64,000 nt of DNA, taken from Candidatus Micrarchaeota archaeon (GTDB taxonomy: Archaea > Micrarchaeota > Micrarchaeia > Micrarchaeales > CABMGC01). This document shows, piece after piece, positions 1-8,875 of this stretch. The notes under the pieces were generated by a model. It was not told the origin of the DNA. It made no database searches and was given only the letters and a program-made list of their open reading frames with translations. Positions within the stretch are counted from its first letter, which is position 1. The number at the start of each line of letters is the position of its first letter. Both the position numbers and the translations under genes were made by a program. The stretch spans positions 9,831-73,830 of the forward strand of contig DAHXMW010000003.1 in NCBI GenBank assembly GCA_027371545.1, in the 5' to 3' direction.

Positions 1-988
1 GGTTTGAGAATGTGCTGCCGTAGCCGCCCAGACCAGAAGATGCAAGGCTTATGAAAGAGGAGTAAGGAAGCTGTGACCCCGCAAATGTCGTAACTCCTGC
101 AGGGGCGGAAGAGAATAGGCTTGCAACAGGGAGATTTGTCAGCTGCGGGGAGAGGACGTATGCAGGATACGGGTTGCATATACTTATTAGCGGAGTGCAT
201 GGGGTGTAAAGCCATGTCATTATGAATCCATTCATTATTATGGTAAGGGGAAATATGAAATAGAAGCTTATTGCTATGGCAATGAACGAGTTGGATGCCT
301 CCTTCAGCCTTGGGCCTGCAAAAGGTATAAACCTTATCAGTATAGCCACAGGGACTATCAAGGTAAGGGCTATTGACTGTAGGATGTCCAGAAAGAGCAG
401 CAGCACGTATAGTATCCCAAAAGTAACAACTATTATTCCTGCATAGGCTGTATTCAGTACACTGGAGAACGCGAAATATATGCCTATTACATCGTGCCCT
501 AGATCGAATCCGATGAAATTCTGGACGATTGTTATGGGAATTGATGTTATGAGGTCCATTATATTGGCTGCTATTACAAGATTTACAGACTCAGCATAGA
601 GCTCCGACCAGAGGGCAAGCGCTTTGGAGAAGAGCAGGTTCTGTATGGTGTATTCGGCATACTGCATTGGATTTGCATAGTTCACCGTAGCTCCAGAGAT
701 ATATGCACCCAAGTTGCATGAGAAGGCGGCAAGTCCGGTTATCCCAGCTATTATAAATAATGTAAGTATTATCTCTGCAGCTTCGTATCTCGATATGCCC
801 TTGAGCTTCTCCCTGTAAGTCACGGGAAGTATGTTTGCTATCGTATATATCAGGATGGTGAATATCATTGCGAACAGGGCAACCACACCGCTCACTGATA
901 TCCATCCGGTAACGTATTGCCCACCGAATGCGCAAGAATTAGCGTAGGGGGAGGCAGCTGCAAGTATCGGTGCGAGTAGCCATAGCAT
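1..988 (-). CDS. Multi-pass membrane protein, CedA/VirB6-like (3' end runs off the window)
   Basis: Not in the ORF track. Manual translation from ATG 988: MLWLLAPILAAASPYANSC...KLKGISRYEAAEIILTL...LIVPVAILIRFIPFAGPRLKEASNSFIAIAISFYFIFPLTIIMN. Paralogous in layout to 993-2210. Confidence 0.7.
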   Translation of the reverse strand, partial: MLWLLAPILAAASPYANSCAFGGQYVTGWISVSGVVALFAMIFTILIYTIANILPVTYREKLKGISRYEAAEIILTLFIIAGITGLAAFSCNLGAYISGATVNYANPMQYAEYTIQNLLFSKALALWSELYAESVNLVIAANIMDLITSIPITIVQNFIGFDLGHDVIGIYFAFSSVLNTAYAGIIVVTFGILYVLLLFLDILQSIALTLIVPVAILIRFIPFAGPRLKEASNSFIAIAISFYFIFPLTIIMNGFIMTWLYTPCTPLISICNPYPAYVLSPQLTNLPVASLFSSAPAGVTTFAGSQLPYSSFISLASSGLGGYGSTFSN

Positions 989-992
989 GCAA

Positions 993-2210
993 TCACGCGA
1001 GTTTTAGTTTGTGCCCAAGGCTGAGCCTGAGGGTTCCTCCTAGCGATCTGGCTATGCTGTCCACTATCGGATATAGTATCATTAGGTCAGCGGCAAATAT
1101 GAAGAACTGGAGTATCATGTAGAATCCATAATTAAGGATATAGTTATAGAAATAATACACGCCGTTGAATATATTTGCGCCTATTCCCGCATATTGCGCG
1201 AGGTTGACTATGGGCCCTATTGTAAGCTTGAAGATGTCATCTATTATCTGCGCGCCTGTATCAAGAAAGAACCCATTTCCGCTTGTAGGAAGTATGTTTC
1301 CAGATGATGGTCCTGGAGCGGGAGCCACGTAGACATATGGGGATATTGCTTGGGTAAGAGGATAGTTGAAGAGAACTAGGATTGCCGGGTATACTATTCC
1401 CGCGCCTATGCCTATCGCTATAAGAGTGCCGCCTATATTTCTAGAGAACGGGAACGCCCTGAAGACCAGTCCAAGCGGTATTATCATGGTCAGGCTGGCC
1501 TCTATTATCGAGTAAAGGTTGTACATTAGCCCTACCGTAAGAAGCGAGGTGGGGAATAATATGAACTTTATCATGTCGTTTAGCATGGATTCGTACTGTG
1601 CCAGTATGTGGTTTCCGCTCTCCAGAAGGTAGGTGGTATATATTGGGGTTACGGAGAATCCGGTTAAGAATGCGCCAACGAAAGGAATAGGTATAGGAAC
1701 GTACAGGCTTAGGCTGAGACCCTGATAAAGGCCTATTGCTATCCCAAGCGTGGATACACCATTCCATATATTCACAAGGTTTCCACATACGGTATTCAGG
1801 TACGTATAAGATTCTGAATAGAGCGTGCCGATGTTGTTCACGTAGGATGCAGAAGCGGCAGGAGAGCCCGGAACTATGAATAGAGCTATGCTGCTTATGA
1901 AGGTTATCGCCAGGTATATGCCTGCAATAAGCATAGCAGATTTGGCTATCTCCCAGTACTCGTTCTGCAGCCAGTTTCTTATCCCTGCAGCTGGAAATAT
2001 CTTGCTGAGCATATATCCTACCGCCACCACATCGAATGACAGGGAAAGCGCTAATAGGGATATTGATATTGCCGCGGATGGAAGTCCAGTAAGCGGTTTG
2101 GTCACCTCTGCGGGGCAGAATGTAGATGAAGCGGCAGAGGATACGCCTACAAATAGTGCCAATAGAAATGCGCTTAGCATAAGCGTACTCCTTTTACCAC
2201 GCATGCTCAT
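993..2210 (-). CDS. Multi-pass membrane protein, CedA/VirB6-like
   Basis: Signal peptide and several TM segments. Motif IIPLGLVFRAFPFSRNIGGTLIAIGIGAGIVYP resembles the crenarchaeal CedA C-terminal TM hairpin as I recall it. Confidence 0.65.
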   Translation of the reverse strand: MSMRGKRSTLMLSAFLLALFVGVSSAASSTFCPAEVTKPLTGLPSAAISISLLALSLSFDVVAVGYMLSKIFPAAGIRNWLQNEYWEIAKSAMLIAGIYLAITFISSIALFIVPGSPAASASYVNNIGTLYSESYTYLNTVCGNLVNIWNGVSTLGIAIGLYQGLSLSLYVPIPIPFVGAFLTGFSVTPIYTTYLLESGNHILAQYESMLNDMIKFILFPTSLLTVGLMYNLYSIIEASLTMIIPLGLVFRAFPFSRNIGGTLIAIGIGAGIVYPAILVLFNYPLTQAISPYVYVAPAPGPSSGNILPTSGNGFFLDTGAQIIDDIFKLTIGPIVNLAQYAGIGANIFNGVYYFYNYILNYGFYMILQFFIFAADLMILYPIVDSIARSLGGTLRLSLGHKLKLA

Positions 2211-2253
2211 ATATGGATTGCTTGTTTTATAAGGTTTATCTCATGCTAGAGGC

Positions 2254-2982
2254 TTAATGCCTCAGCAATGGGAAACGCCTTATATACGCTTCTGCGATAA
2301 ATATGACAAAATAAGGTAGTATGAATACGGAATTTACAACCAGCGTAACGTAGCTTCCTATTACGCCAAGCGTGCTGGAGAAGGCCAGGTCTGCAGCTGA
2401 AGTTGCAACAGCAAAGAGCACAAGCCACAGAACCACGTACTTTGGTGATGTCACCACAAGCCTTATGCTCCCTTTGAGCGAAGCAAAGAATTTCTTGTTG
2501 TCTATCACCATTGCTGTAGGCATATAGAATATCAGCAGGAATACAATAAGGTTTAACGCCTCCGTCCATATGACCGGGAAGGAGAATAGGTATGAGGAAA
2601 TGCTCAGTATTATTACAATGAATGCGTAGAAAAGGAGGACCGTGAATACGCGGCTTATGTACTTCTCTATCTCCAGCATCACCCTCTTGCTCGTCGCCAT
2701 GTGTGTCTTTTCCGACTTTACGATCAGGCTTATGGCCACGAAGGCAAAGCTTATGAAGAGCATAGATACGAAAGTTGATATCGTAACTACGGCCAATACG
2801 GTAGGGTTTGTATTGACGAATATGCTCGCAGTCCTCAGGAATATTGCCCCCGTACTTATATACGTAGGCAACGGCGCGAGCAGAGGTATAAGGAATGCTA
2901 TCAGGAAAGGTATTGAGAAGAGAAGTATGAGGCGTATGTTGTCCCTGTATATCCCGAACGAGTCGGAAACCACGTTTGCCAT
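2254..2982 (-). CDS. Integral membrane protein, about 6 TM, unknown function
   Basis: 242-aa hydrophobic ORF, co-oriented with neighbours with short gaps. Confidence 0.75.
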   Translation of the reverse strand: MANVVSDSFGIYRDNIRLILLFSIPFLIAFLIPLLAPLPTYISTGAIFLRTASIFVNTNPTVLAVVTISTFVSMLFISFAFVAISLIVKSEKTHMATSKRVMLEIEKYISRVFTVLLFYAFIVIILSISSYLFSFPVIWTEALNLIVFLLIFYMPTAMVIDNKKFFASLKGSIRLVVTSPKYVVLWLVLFAVATSAADLAFSSTLGVIGSYVTLVVNSVFILPYFVIFIAEAYIRRFPLLRH

Positions 2983-3005
2983 TTTATCTCTCTTCGGATA
3001 TAGAT

Positions 3006-4913
3006 TCAGCTAAAATTATATATTTCTTTGGATATGTATACGTCACTTGAATTGTATATGTATGCTGACGCAACATAGATTTTTGACTGCGATGTTATAG
3101 TTGCATTTATGCGCATTGTCCCGGAGCCGCTGCCTAGTTTTATCAGATTTGGATTCACCGCGCACGGATAACCCGTGCAGTTTAGCGCATTTGGCAGTAT
3201 CCTGTCTCCCGCAAGGCCGTATATTATTGGCTTAGAGAGAAGGGAATTCGACTCCGCCTCTGTGGAAACAAGAAGATAAATACTTCTCGGAGCCGTGGTG
3301 CGGTAGTTTAAATCAAATGAATACGTTGTGGCATTGCCTTTCCTTATAAGCACTTGGTTTGTTATGTTTACGCTGAAGCTTGATGAATATGCGGAGTGTA
3401 AGGCGATAGGCAGAACGATGAGGAGAAGCATAATAAACGCCGTCAGATACACGGCAATGCGCACCTGTGGGGAGCTGCTGCGCACGTGGCTGCGCGGTTT
3501 GGCATAACTGGCTTTTTCGTATGAGAGTATTGCAACTACGGTAAAGAGGCCAAATGTCGCGAAGTAAGTTGCAGATGAACGATCCATTAGGAGAAATGGG
3601 ATCATGCTAAGGACAGGTATTAGGGCTTTGTCCCTTGCAGTTAGAAGGATGGAAACGGAGAGGAGTATGCCGAGTATGAATAAAGGAGTGTAAGAGGGCA
3701 GGCTTATCGGATAGTAGTAAGCCATGGAGTAGCCTATGAGTGCATAAGAGTCAGGAAATATGCCTCCGCTTACAGGATCCAACACTGCATGAAGGAAAAC
3801 TGATGGCGATATGAGTATGAAATACGAATTTGTTATAAGGAATACTGCTATGGTTCCTGCGAGTGCAATTCCTCCGCGCTTTTTTCCGTATTTTATGAAA
3901 GAGTATGTTATAAGGAGAAGCACAGGTATCCAGAGCTCCTCCTGGAGAGATGCCGCAAGACCCAGGAGCACCCATGACCATCTCCATCCTATTTTTGCAT
4001 ATGAGAGTATTATAAGAGCAAGCATGAGTGAGGTGGTTGGAGAGGCAACAGTAAGTGTTCCAAGGCTGAGGAATACGATTAGCCATGGAATTGGCCTTGC
4101 CAGTGCCCTTTCCCTAAGGACATAAGCAACAACAAGCAATAGCAACCCGACAAATACCATTGACTGCACTTGCAGGTCTATGGTGAATATATTGTTTAGT
4201 GTAGGCTCTGAGATGAAATAAAACGGGATTGAGGATATTAAGTAAAAGGCAGGATAGTTAAGGATTCCTATTATGGTGTTGCTTGCCGTAAATGTTATGT
4301 CAGCTTTGTGGCTAAGTGAGAATAGGAGTGGGGATATCGAATAGGAATATGGATTGAGACCATGCAGGGTTGCATTTATAGCGTAGAAATCTATCAGAGG
4401 TTCATCGGTAAGCGTGAATCTGGTTATTACAATCCCGTAATATGCTGCCAGTATCAAAATGAATATTACAGAGGCAGCGGCGATTATGGCAATCTCATTC
4501 CTGCTGTGCCCTTTTTTCACGGATAGCTTGACTATAGCTACGGCACAGATGAACAGTGGTAGTATGACGATTGCCTGGAGAGTATAGACGTATGTAATTG
4601 ATACAAGATTTATTGCGTAGAATGCAGCCAGCTTTACATTCCCAAATTCCGGGTTCGAGAAAAATAGAATTATAGATATAGCACATAGCGCATACTCCAG
4701 CTTCCGCCTAGATGGCGCCGATTTGTAATGTAGGTGCTTATTGCTTATGTATAGTATGGCGTATGAGATGAAGACTAATGCATATATGGAAAGGAGGAAG
4801 GAAAACTCTCCGGTAAGGGAAGAGATAAATGTAAAAATAAATAAAAAAAGGGAAATGAAGAATCCATTTCCCTTGAAGTATGCCCAAACCCTACTTAAAG
4901 GATGCTTGGACAC
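3006..4913 (-). CDS. Multi-pass membrane protein, probable GT-C (GT87-like) glycosyltransferase
   Basis: Many TMs; luminal loop TDE...LHGLNPYS...NYP typical of GT-C enzymes; C-terminal extracellular domain with N-X-S/T sites. Confidence 0.55.
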   Translation of the reverse strand: MSKHPLSRVWAYFKGNGFFISLFLFIFTFISSLTGEFSFLLSIYALVFISYAILYISNKHLHYKSAPSRRKLEYALCAISIILFFSNPEFGNVKLAAFYAINLVSITYVYTLQAIVILPLFICAVAIVKLSVKKGHSRNEIAIIAAASVIFILILAAYYGIVITRFTLTDEPLIDFYAINATLHGLNPYSYSISPLLFSLSHKADITFTASNTIIGILNYPAFYLISSIPFYFISEPTLNNIFTIDLQVQSMVFVGLLLLVVAYVLRERALARPIPWLIVFLSLGTLTVASPTTSLMLALIILSYAKIGWRWSWVLLGLAASLQEELWIPVLLLITYSFIKYGKKRGGIALAGTIAVFLITNSYFILISPSVFLHAVLDPVSGGIFPDSYALIGYSMAYYYPISLPSYTPLFILGILLSVSILLTARDKALIPVLSMIPFLLMDRSSATYFATFGLFTVVAILSYEKASYAKPRSHVRSSSPQVRIAVYLTAFIMLLLIVLPIALHSAYSSSFSVNITNQVLIRKGNATTYSFDLNYRTTAPRSIYLLVSTEAESNSLLSKPIIYGLAGDRILPNALNCTGYPCAVNPNLIKLGSGSGTMRINATITSQSKIYVASAYIYNSSDVYISKEIYNFS

Positions 4914-4938
4914 TTAAGCACTGATGGTTGTTGCCTTA

Positions 4939-5337
4939 TCAGCAGCTTGCAGGTAGCGTTATTGAGCCTCCGCCAGCTCCAGCTGTTCCGGAGAATCCTA
5001 CTACCATGTTGACAATGAATGGAGCTATTATTACGAGCACCAGCCCGATTACTCCTCCTACTATCATTGCCATAGACCATCCTTGTGCTCCTGCCCTTAC
5101 GTTTCCAGCTGCAGGCAACAGATGCGCTACCGCATAGATGGCACCGCCAGCTATGAAGAGAGCTATAGCCAATACACCTACGACAGTTCGTATTGTATTT
5201 ACTATGCCGCATATCTGTGAAGTTACTCCTGTAACTCCCGTTGCTGCTGATGCTATTATACTGGAAAATCCAAGAACCACTAATGCCATATACACTAGGT
5301 TCGTGAACTTCGATATGTTCATACAATCAACACGCAT
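4939..5337 (-). CDS. TrbC/VirB2-like pilin
   Basis: Signal peptide, then two hydrophobic helices joined by a short loop (AGNVRAGAQGW); Gly-rich tail ending in Cys. Alternative start at ATG 5322. Confidence 0.65.
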   Translation of the reverse strand: MRVDCMNISKFTNLVYMALVVLGFSSIIASAATGVTGVTSQICGIVNTIRTVVGVLAIALFIAGGAIYAVAHLLPAAGNVRAGAQGWSMAMIVGGVIGLVLVIIAPFIVNMVVGFSGTAGAGGGSITLPASC

Positions 5338-5350
5338 ATATTGCGTTGGT

Positions 5351-5374
5351 TATTTATAAGCTTTGCGCTTTTTT
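5351..5374 (-). promoter_or_regulatory. BRE/TATA-like promoter of the pilin gene
   Basis: Minus strand reads AAAAAAGCGCAAAGCTTATAAATA just upstream of the start codons. Confidence 0.45.
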
Positions 5375-5402
5375 GGGCTGCTATTATTAAATATTCCACC
5401 CA

Positions 5403-6437
5403 TTAGCCAAGCTTTTCCTTGAGGAAAGCGGCCGTGAGGTTCTCTATCTGCGGGATGGAGGGAGTTATAGGATTAGGACCTACTCGGGAAAAGCTATGAC
5501 CAGAATTATTGACTATGACCAGTGTCGCATTATCCCCATGTTCCGTGAGCGAGTTATATAATAAATATGACTGGTATGGCGGCACTGTGGTATCCTTATT
5601 GCCCTGGAATATCAGAAATGGAGGCTCGTTTGCCCCTATGTAGTTTATTGGGCTGGCAATCCCGAGCAGCGTGTAGTTTCCCATGAATACCTCGTTCAGA
5701 TCCTGCTGCCTGTACTCGTTTATCTGCGCGCTCGTGGAGTTGTGGTACTCATACCAGGTAAGGTTGCTTGGGCCGAAGTTATCCACTACAGCCTCCACCT
5801 TGCTAGAGTAGTTCGCATATGGGCCGCTAGACCATAGGCTACTGTTTGAAGTGAAGGCAAGAAGCTGCACGAGCTGGCCTCCAGCACTGCTTCCCACTAC
5901 TCCTATCTCATTAGGATTTATATTATATCTCGCTGCGTTCGCCCTGAAGTATCTTACGGCGCACTTGAGGTCTATTATCTGTGCGGGAAATGGATACTGC
6001 GGCGCAAGCCTGTAATTTATCGCTGCTACTACAAAATTATCCCTCAGTAGTGCAGGAACTATGAAATAGCTGTTTGCAGGAAGGGATGAGCCGTTTGCAA
6101 CGTATTTTTCCATCTGGGCGTAGGTTGCGTTGAACGCTGATCCTGCGTGCCAGCCGCCTCCGTGCACGACTATCACCAATGGCAACGTTTTGTTCCCGCT
6201 TGATGGTGGAAGGTATATGTATGCAGTATCTGAGCTGTTTCCGGATGGATTGCCAAACGGGCAGTAGCTTGCCTCAACCATCTGCGGACCGTAGAGTGTT
6301 CCATTTTTAGGCTGCTCCTCTGCCGAACTTGCTTTAGTATGGATATTGACTGCCACGTATGAGGCAAGTATTATGGTGATTGCGATTATTATGAATGCAG
6401 CAATAGTGCCATTATTTAATCTCTTATGCTGCTGCAT
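5403..6437 (-). CDS. Membrane-anchored/secreted alpha/beta hydrolase (HSL-family esterase)
   Basis: HGGGW oxyanion motif, GSSAGG nucleophile, D..VP and GH catalytic motifs, N-terminal TM. Start refined to ATG 6437 (MQQHK). Confidence 0.9.
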   Translation of the reverse strand: MQQHKRLNNGTIAAFIIIAITIILASYVAVNIHTKASSAEEQPKNGTLYGPQMVEASYCPFGNPSGNSSDTAYIYLPPSSGNKTLPLVIVVHGGGWHAGSAFNATYAQMEKYVANGSSLPANSYFIVPALLRDNFVVAAINYRLAPQYPFPAQIIDLKCAVRYFRANAARYNINPNEIGVVGSSAGGQLVQLLAFTSNSSLWSSGPYANYSSKVEAVVDNFGPSNLTWYEYHNSTSAQINEYRQQDLNEVFMGNYTLLGIASPINYIGANEPPFLIFQGNKDTTVPPYQSYLLYNSLTEHGDNATLVIVNNSGHSFSRVGPNPITPSIPQIENLTAAFLKEKLG

Positions 6438-6562
6438 TATTCCCTCCTTGAACCGCAAGTGCAGCCGCAATCGCAGCCATTCTTGCATACGCATCCCGAT
6501 GAGCATCCGCAGAGGCATCTTCCTCCGCACTCGCATCCGGCACCAGCGCCCTGATTTGCCAT
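6437..6562 (-). CDS. Metallothionein-like Cys-rich peptide (41 aa)
   Basis: MANQGAGAGCECGGRCLCGCSSGCVCKNGCDCGCTCGSRRE*: 11 Cys in CxC/CxCxC motifs. The stop overlaps the next ATG (TAATG). Confidence 0.75.
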   Translation of the reverse strand: MANQGAGAGCECGGRCLCGCSSGCVCKNGCDCGCTCGSRRE

Positions 6563-6647
6563 ATTATTACCATGTAATTTGCCGCAAGTGCTGCTTTAGC
6601 ACTGCGGTTATTATTAATGGGTCGCTTGGATTTATATTTGGTTGCGT

Positions 6648-7097
6648 ATGGTTTCCACCGCAAATGCTATTGCAATTGCCGTTTTTGTTTCAGTGCTTGT
6701 AGTGGCAATTTCTTATTATATCTTTATGAGCCTTGGAAGTCGTGGAACCGGAGAGGATTTTTCTTACGCGCACGTCAGCATTGGCAGCAGCGGAATCAAC
6801 GGAACATACTGGATAGCCAATACGATGCAGGAGGAAAAGTATGGGTATATGAATGCATCTTCCCCTGAAGTCTTAGGCAACGGAGAGAGATGCGATATTT
6901 GCAATGGAATGCTCTTTGAATTCGGATACAATCAGGGAATATGCATGTGGATGAAGAATACTAAAATGCAGCTCGTGATCAGATGGTTCTACCTTAACGG
7001 CAGCTTGTCCTATGAGCGCATAGGGATACCATATAACACAACACCGTACTGCGCATATTCCGCGTATGTTCTAGAGACAGAAGTACAAGGAGCATGA
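6648..7097 (+). CDS. DUF192-family membrane-anchored protein
   Basis: N-terminal TM; GMLFEF...MWMKNT...YVLE signature. Confidence 0.75.
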   Translation: MVSTANAIAIAVFVSVLVVAISYYIFMSLGSRGTGEDFSYAHVSIGSSGINGTYWIANTMQEEKYGYMNASSPEVLGNGERCDICNGMLFEFGYNQGICMWMKNTKMQLVIRWFYLNGSLSYERIGIPYNTTPYCAYSAYVLETEVQGA

Positions 7098-7098
7098 C

Positions 7099-8685
7099 TT
7101 ATTTTAGTTCAGGGTGAAAATCCATGCCATATATGCCATCTATATTTAATACACGTGCCTTTCCTTTCCTGCCCTTCATCACTATGGTGTAGAATGGGAG
7201 CGCTGCTTCCTTTGACCACATGACCCTGGCCCCTGGAAATAGCGAGACAGCCATCTTCTCCATGTATCTTGAACCGCCCTTTATGCGGTAGTAAGTAGAA
7301 TGCGCGTCGGATGCGTCCTCTATGCTGCGCACGTCTTCCGGTATAGACAGTGCATGAGTTACTACTGGTACGTAATGCTTGCCTTCAAGCTTTACTTGCC
7401 CTTTCTTTTCAAGCCTTTTCAGGATTGCTGATGAGCTTATCGCATCCATCTTAAGTTTCTTTGATATGGTTTCCGGAGTCGTGCGCCCGCTTTCCTGTGT
7501 TTCTTCAAGCGCTTTTATCTCGTCATCTGCGAGTCTTGCGCTCTTTACGCGCACTCCCTCAACCTGCTGGTTTGGATTGATTCTGAAGGCGAAGCCGTCG
7601 CCCATGAGGATTGTGCTGTCTTCATATTCGCCTCGCTTCTTTGAAGGTATGAGTATCCTCATCATATACGCATCTATGTAGCCTGGGCTTACAGACTCTA
7701 TCTCCTCCGTCTCGCTGCCGAAGAGCATGAATTCCTTCCTTGATTTTTTCTTGGCTATGGATCTTGCATCTTCCTCTGTTATGCGTCGTGCCAGTGAAGG
7801 CAGATGCATTGTGCGCTTCCCGGTTGCTTTTTGCTTCTGCAATGGCGTGGTTTCTGCATTCTTGCCTGCTCCTCGTATGTCTTTTAGGAGTTCCTCGATA
7901 GAAACATCCTTCTTTCCGTAAGTCTGGGAGAGCGATGGCGTACTTCCAGAATGCACAACTTCCCTGCGCTTCACCTTAAGGACCGTTTCTTCGGTTCCTT
8001 CTACACCGAAAGGAAGGAAGCTTCCAGTCTGCAGCCTCGGGAGCATATCCAGCTGCTCCTGCCTGCTGAAGAGTATCCTTATAGCCTGTACATCATTCTC
8101 GATGCTCAGCTTTCCTATGAATCCATAGGAGCATTGGGCCAGGACATTCTTGCTTATATTTGCAGGCCTCTGCGTAGCAACTAGAAGCCCTATGCCGCGC
8201 TTCCTTCCCCGTACGCTTATCTCTTCTATCATATTCTTCCTCTGCCTTACAATCTGCGGCGCAAACTTGTCGGCTTCCTCGATTATCACGAGAAACGGGC
8301 GCTTCGTGCCCTCTTCCATAGAGTACAGTTCGGATAGGGCAGACTGGACGCTCGCGTCCTTGTCCATGGTATCGGAGAGATCGTATATTATAGGTATCCC
8401 GTATTTCATGCTCTCGGAAAGGATCGCGCCCAAGCGCTCTGAAGATTTTATGTCAGCTGCAGGGTTGGCCTCTGATACCCATATCGCATTGAATTTTGAT
8501 TTTATTGATGCATACTCGCCTTCTGTGTCTATAACCATGAAGGGAAGACCGAGTTTGCAGAGCTCTTCGACTATTACTCCAACGAGGTATGACTTTCCTG
8601 AGCCACTCTGCCCTATCACGCATCCCCTTCCCGTCATTACCTGCTGCGCGTCTATGTTGAAATCTTCCGAGAGGTTTATCTGCAT
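7099..8685 (-). CDS. HerA/FtsK-superfamily (DUF87) ATPase with C-terminal winged-helix-like region
   Basis: Walker A GQSGSGKS, IDTEGEY, Walker B IIEEADKF, GRKRG...ATQRPA. Confidence 0.85.
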   Translation of the reverse strand: MQINLSEDFNIDAQQVMTGRGCVIGQSGSGKSYLVGVIVEELCKLGLPFMVIDTEGEYASIKSKFNAIWVSEANPAADIKSSERLGAILSESMKYGIPIIYDLSDTMDKDASVQSALSELYSMEEGTKRPFLVIIEEADKFAPQIVRQRKNMIEEISVRGRKRGIGLLVATQRPANISKNVLAQCSYGFIGKLSIENDVQAIRILFSRQEQLDMLPRLQTGSFLPFGVEGTEETVLKVKRREVVHSGSTPSLSQTYGKKDVSIEELLKDIRGAGKNAETTPLQKQKATGKRTMHLPSLARRITEEDARSIAKKKSRKEFMLFGSETEEIESVSPGYIDAYMMRILIPSKKRGEYEDSTILMGDGFAFRINPNQQVEGVRVKSARLADDEIKALEETQESGRTTPETISKKLKMDAISSSAILKRLEKKGQVKLEGKHYVPVVTHALSIPEDVRSIEDASDAHSTYYRIKGGSRYMEKMAVSLFPGARVMWSKEAALPFYTIVMKGRKGKARVLNIDGIYGMDFHPELK

Positions 8686-8875
8686 TTGCCCACCGCAAGA
8701 TGCTTTTGTCGAGCACCATACCTATTTACTATTGCCTTTATTTTATACCTTGCTATGCAGATGCGGCATGCCGCAGTGTGGTATATATCGATAGAGTATA
8801 CTTGCGTAAACCATACGGAAACAAAGGTATAAATTAAATTTAGCTTTTATTTAGATTGCTTATTCTGGTGTTTTT

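Noticed and set aside
6424-6663. 79-aa minus-strand ORF, and the N-terminal extension of the esterase to 6536
   Set aside because: Both are alternative frames over the Cys-rich ORF; the esterase TM signal begins after ATG 6437.
8150-8794. Long antisense ORFs (this one, 9804-10406, 46026-46643, 50521-51318 and others)
   Set aside because: Shadow frames opposite well-supported genes, with no motifs of their own.
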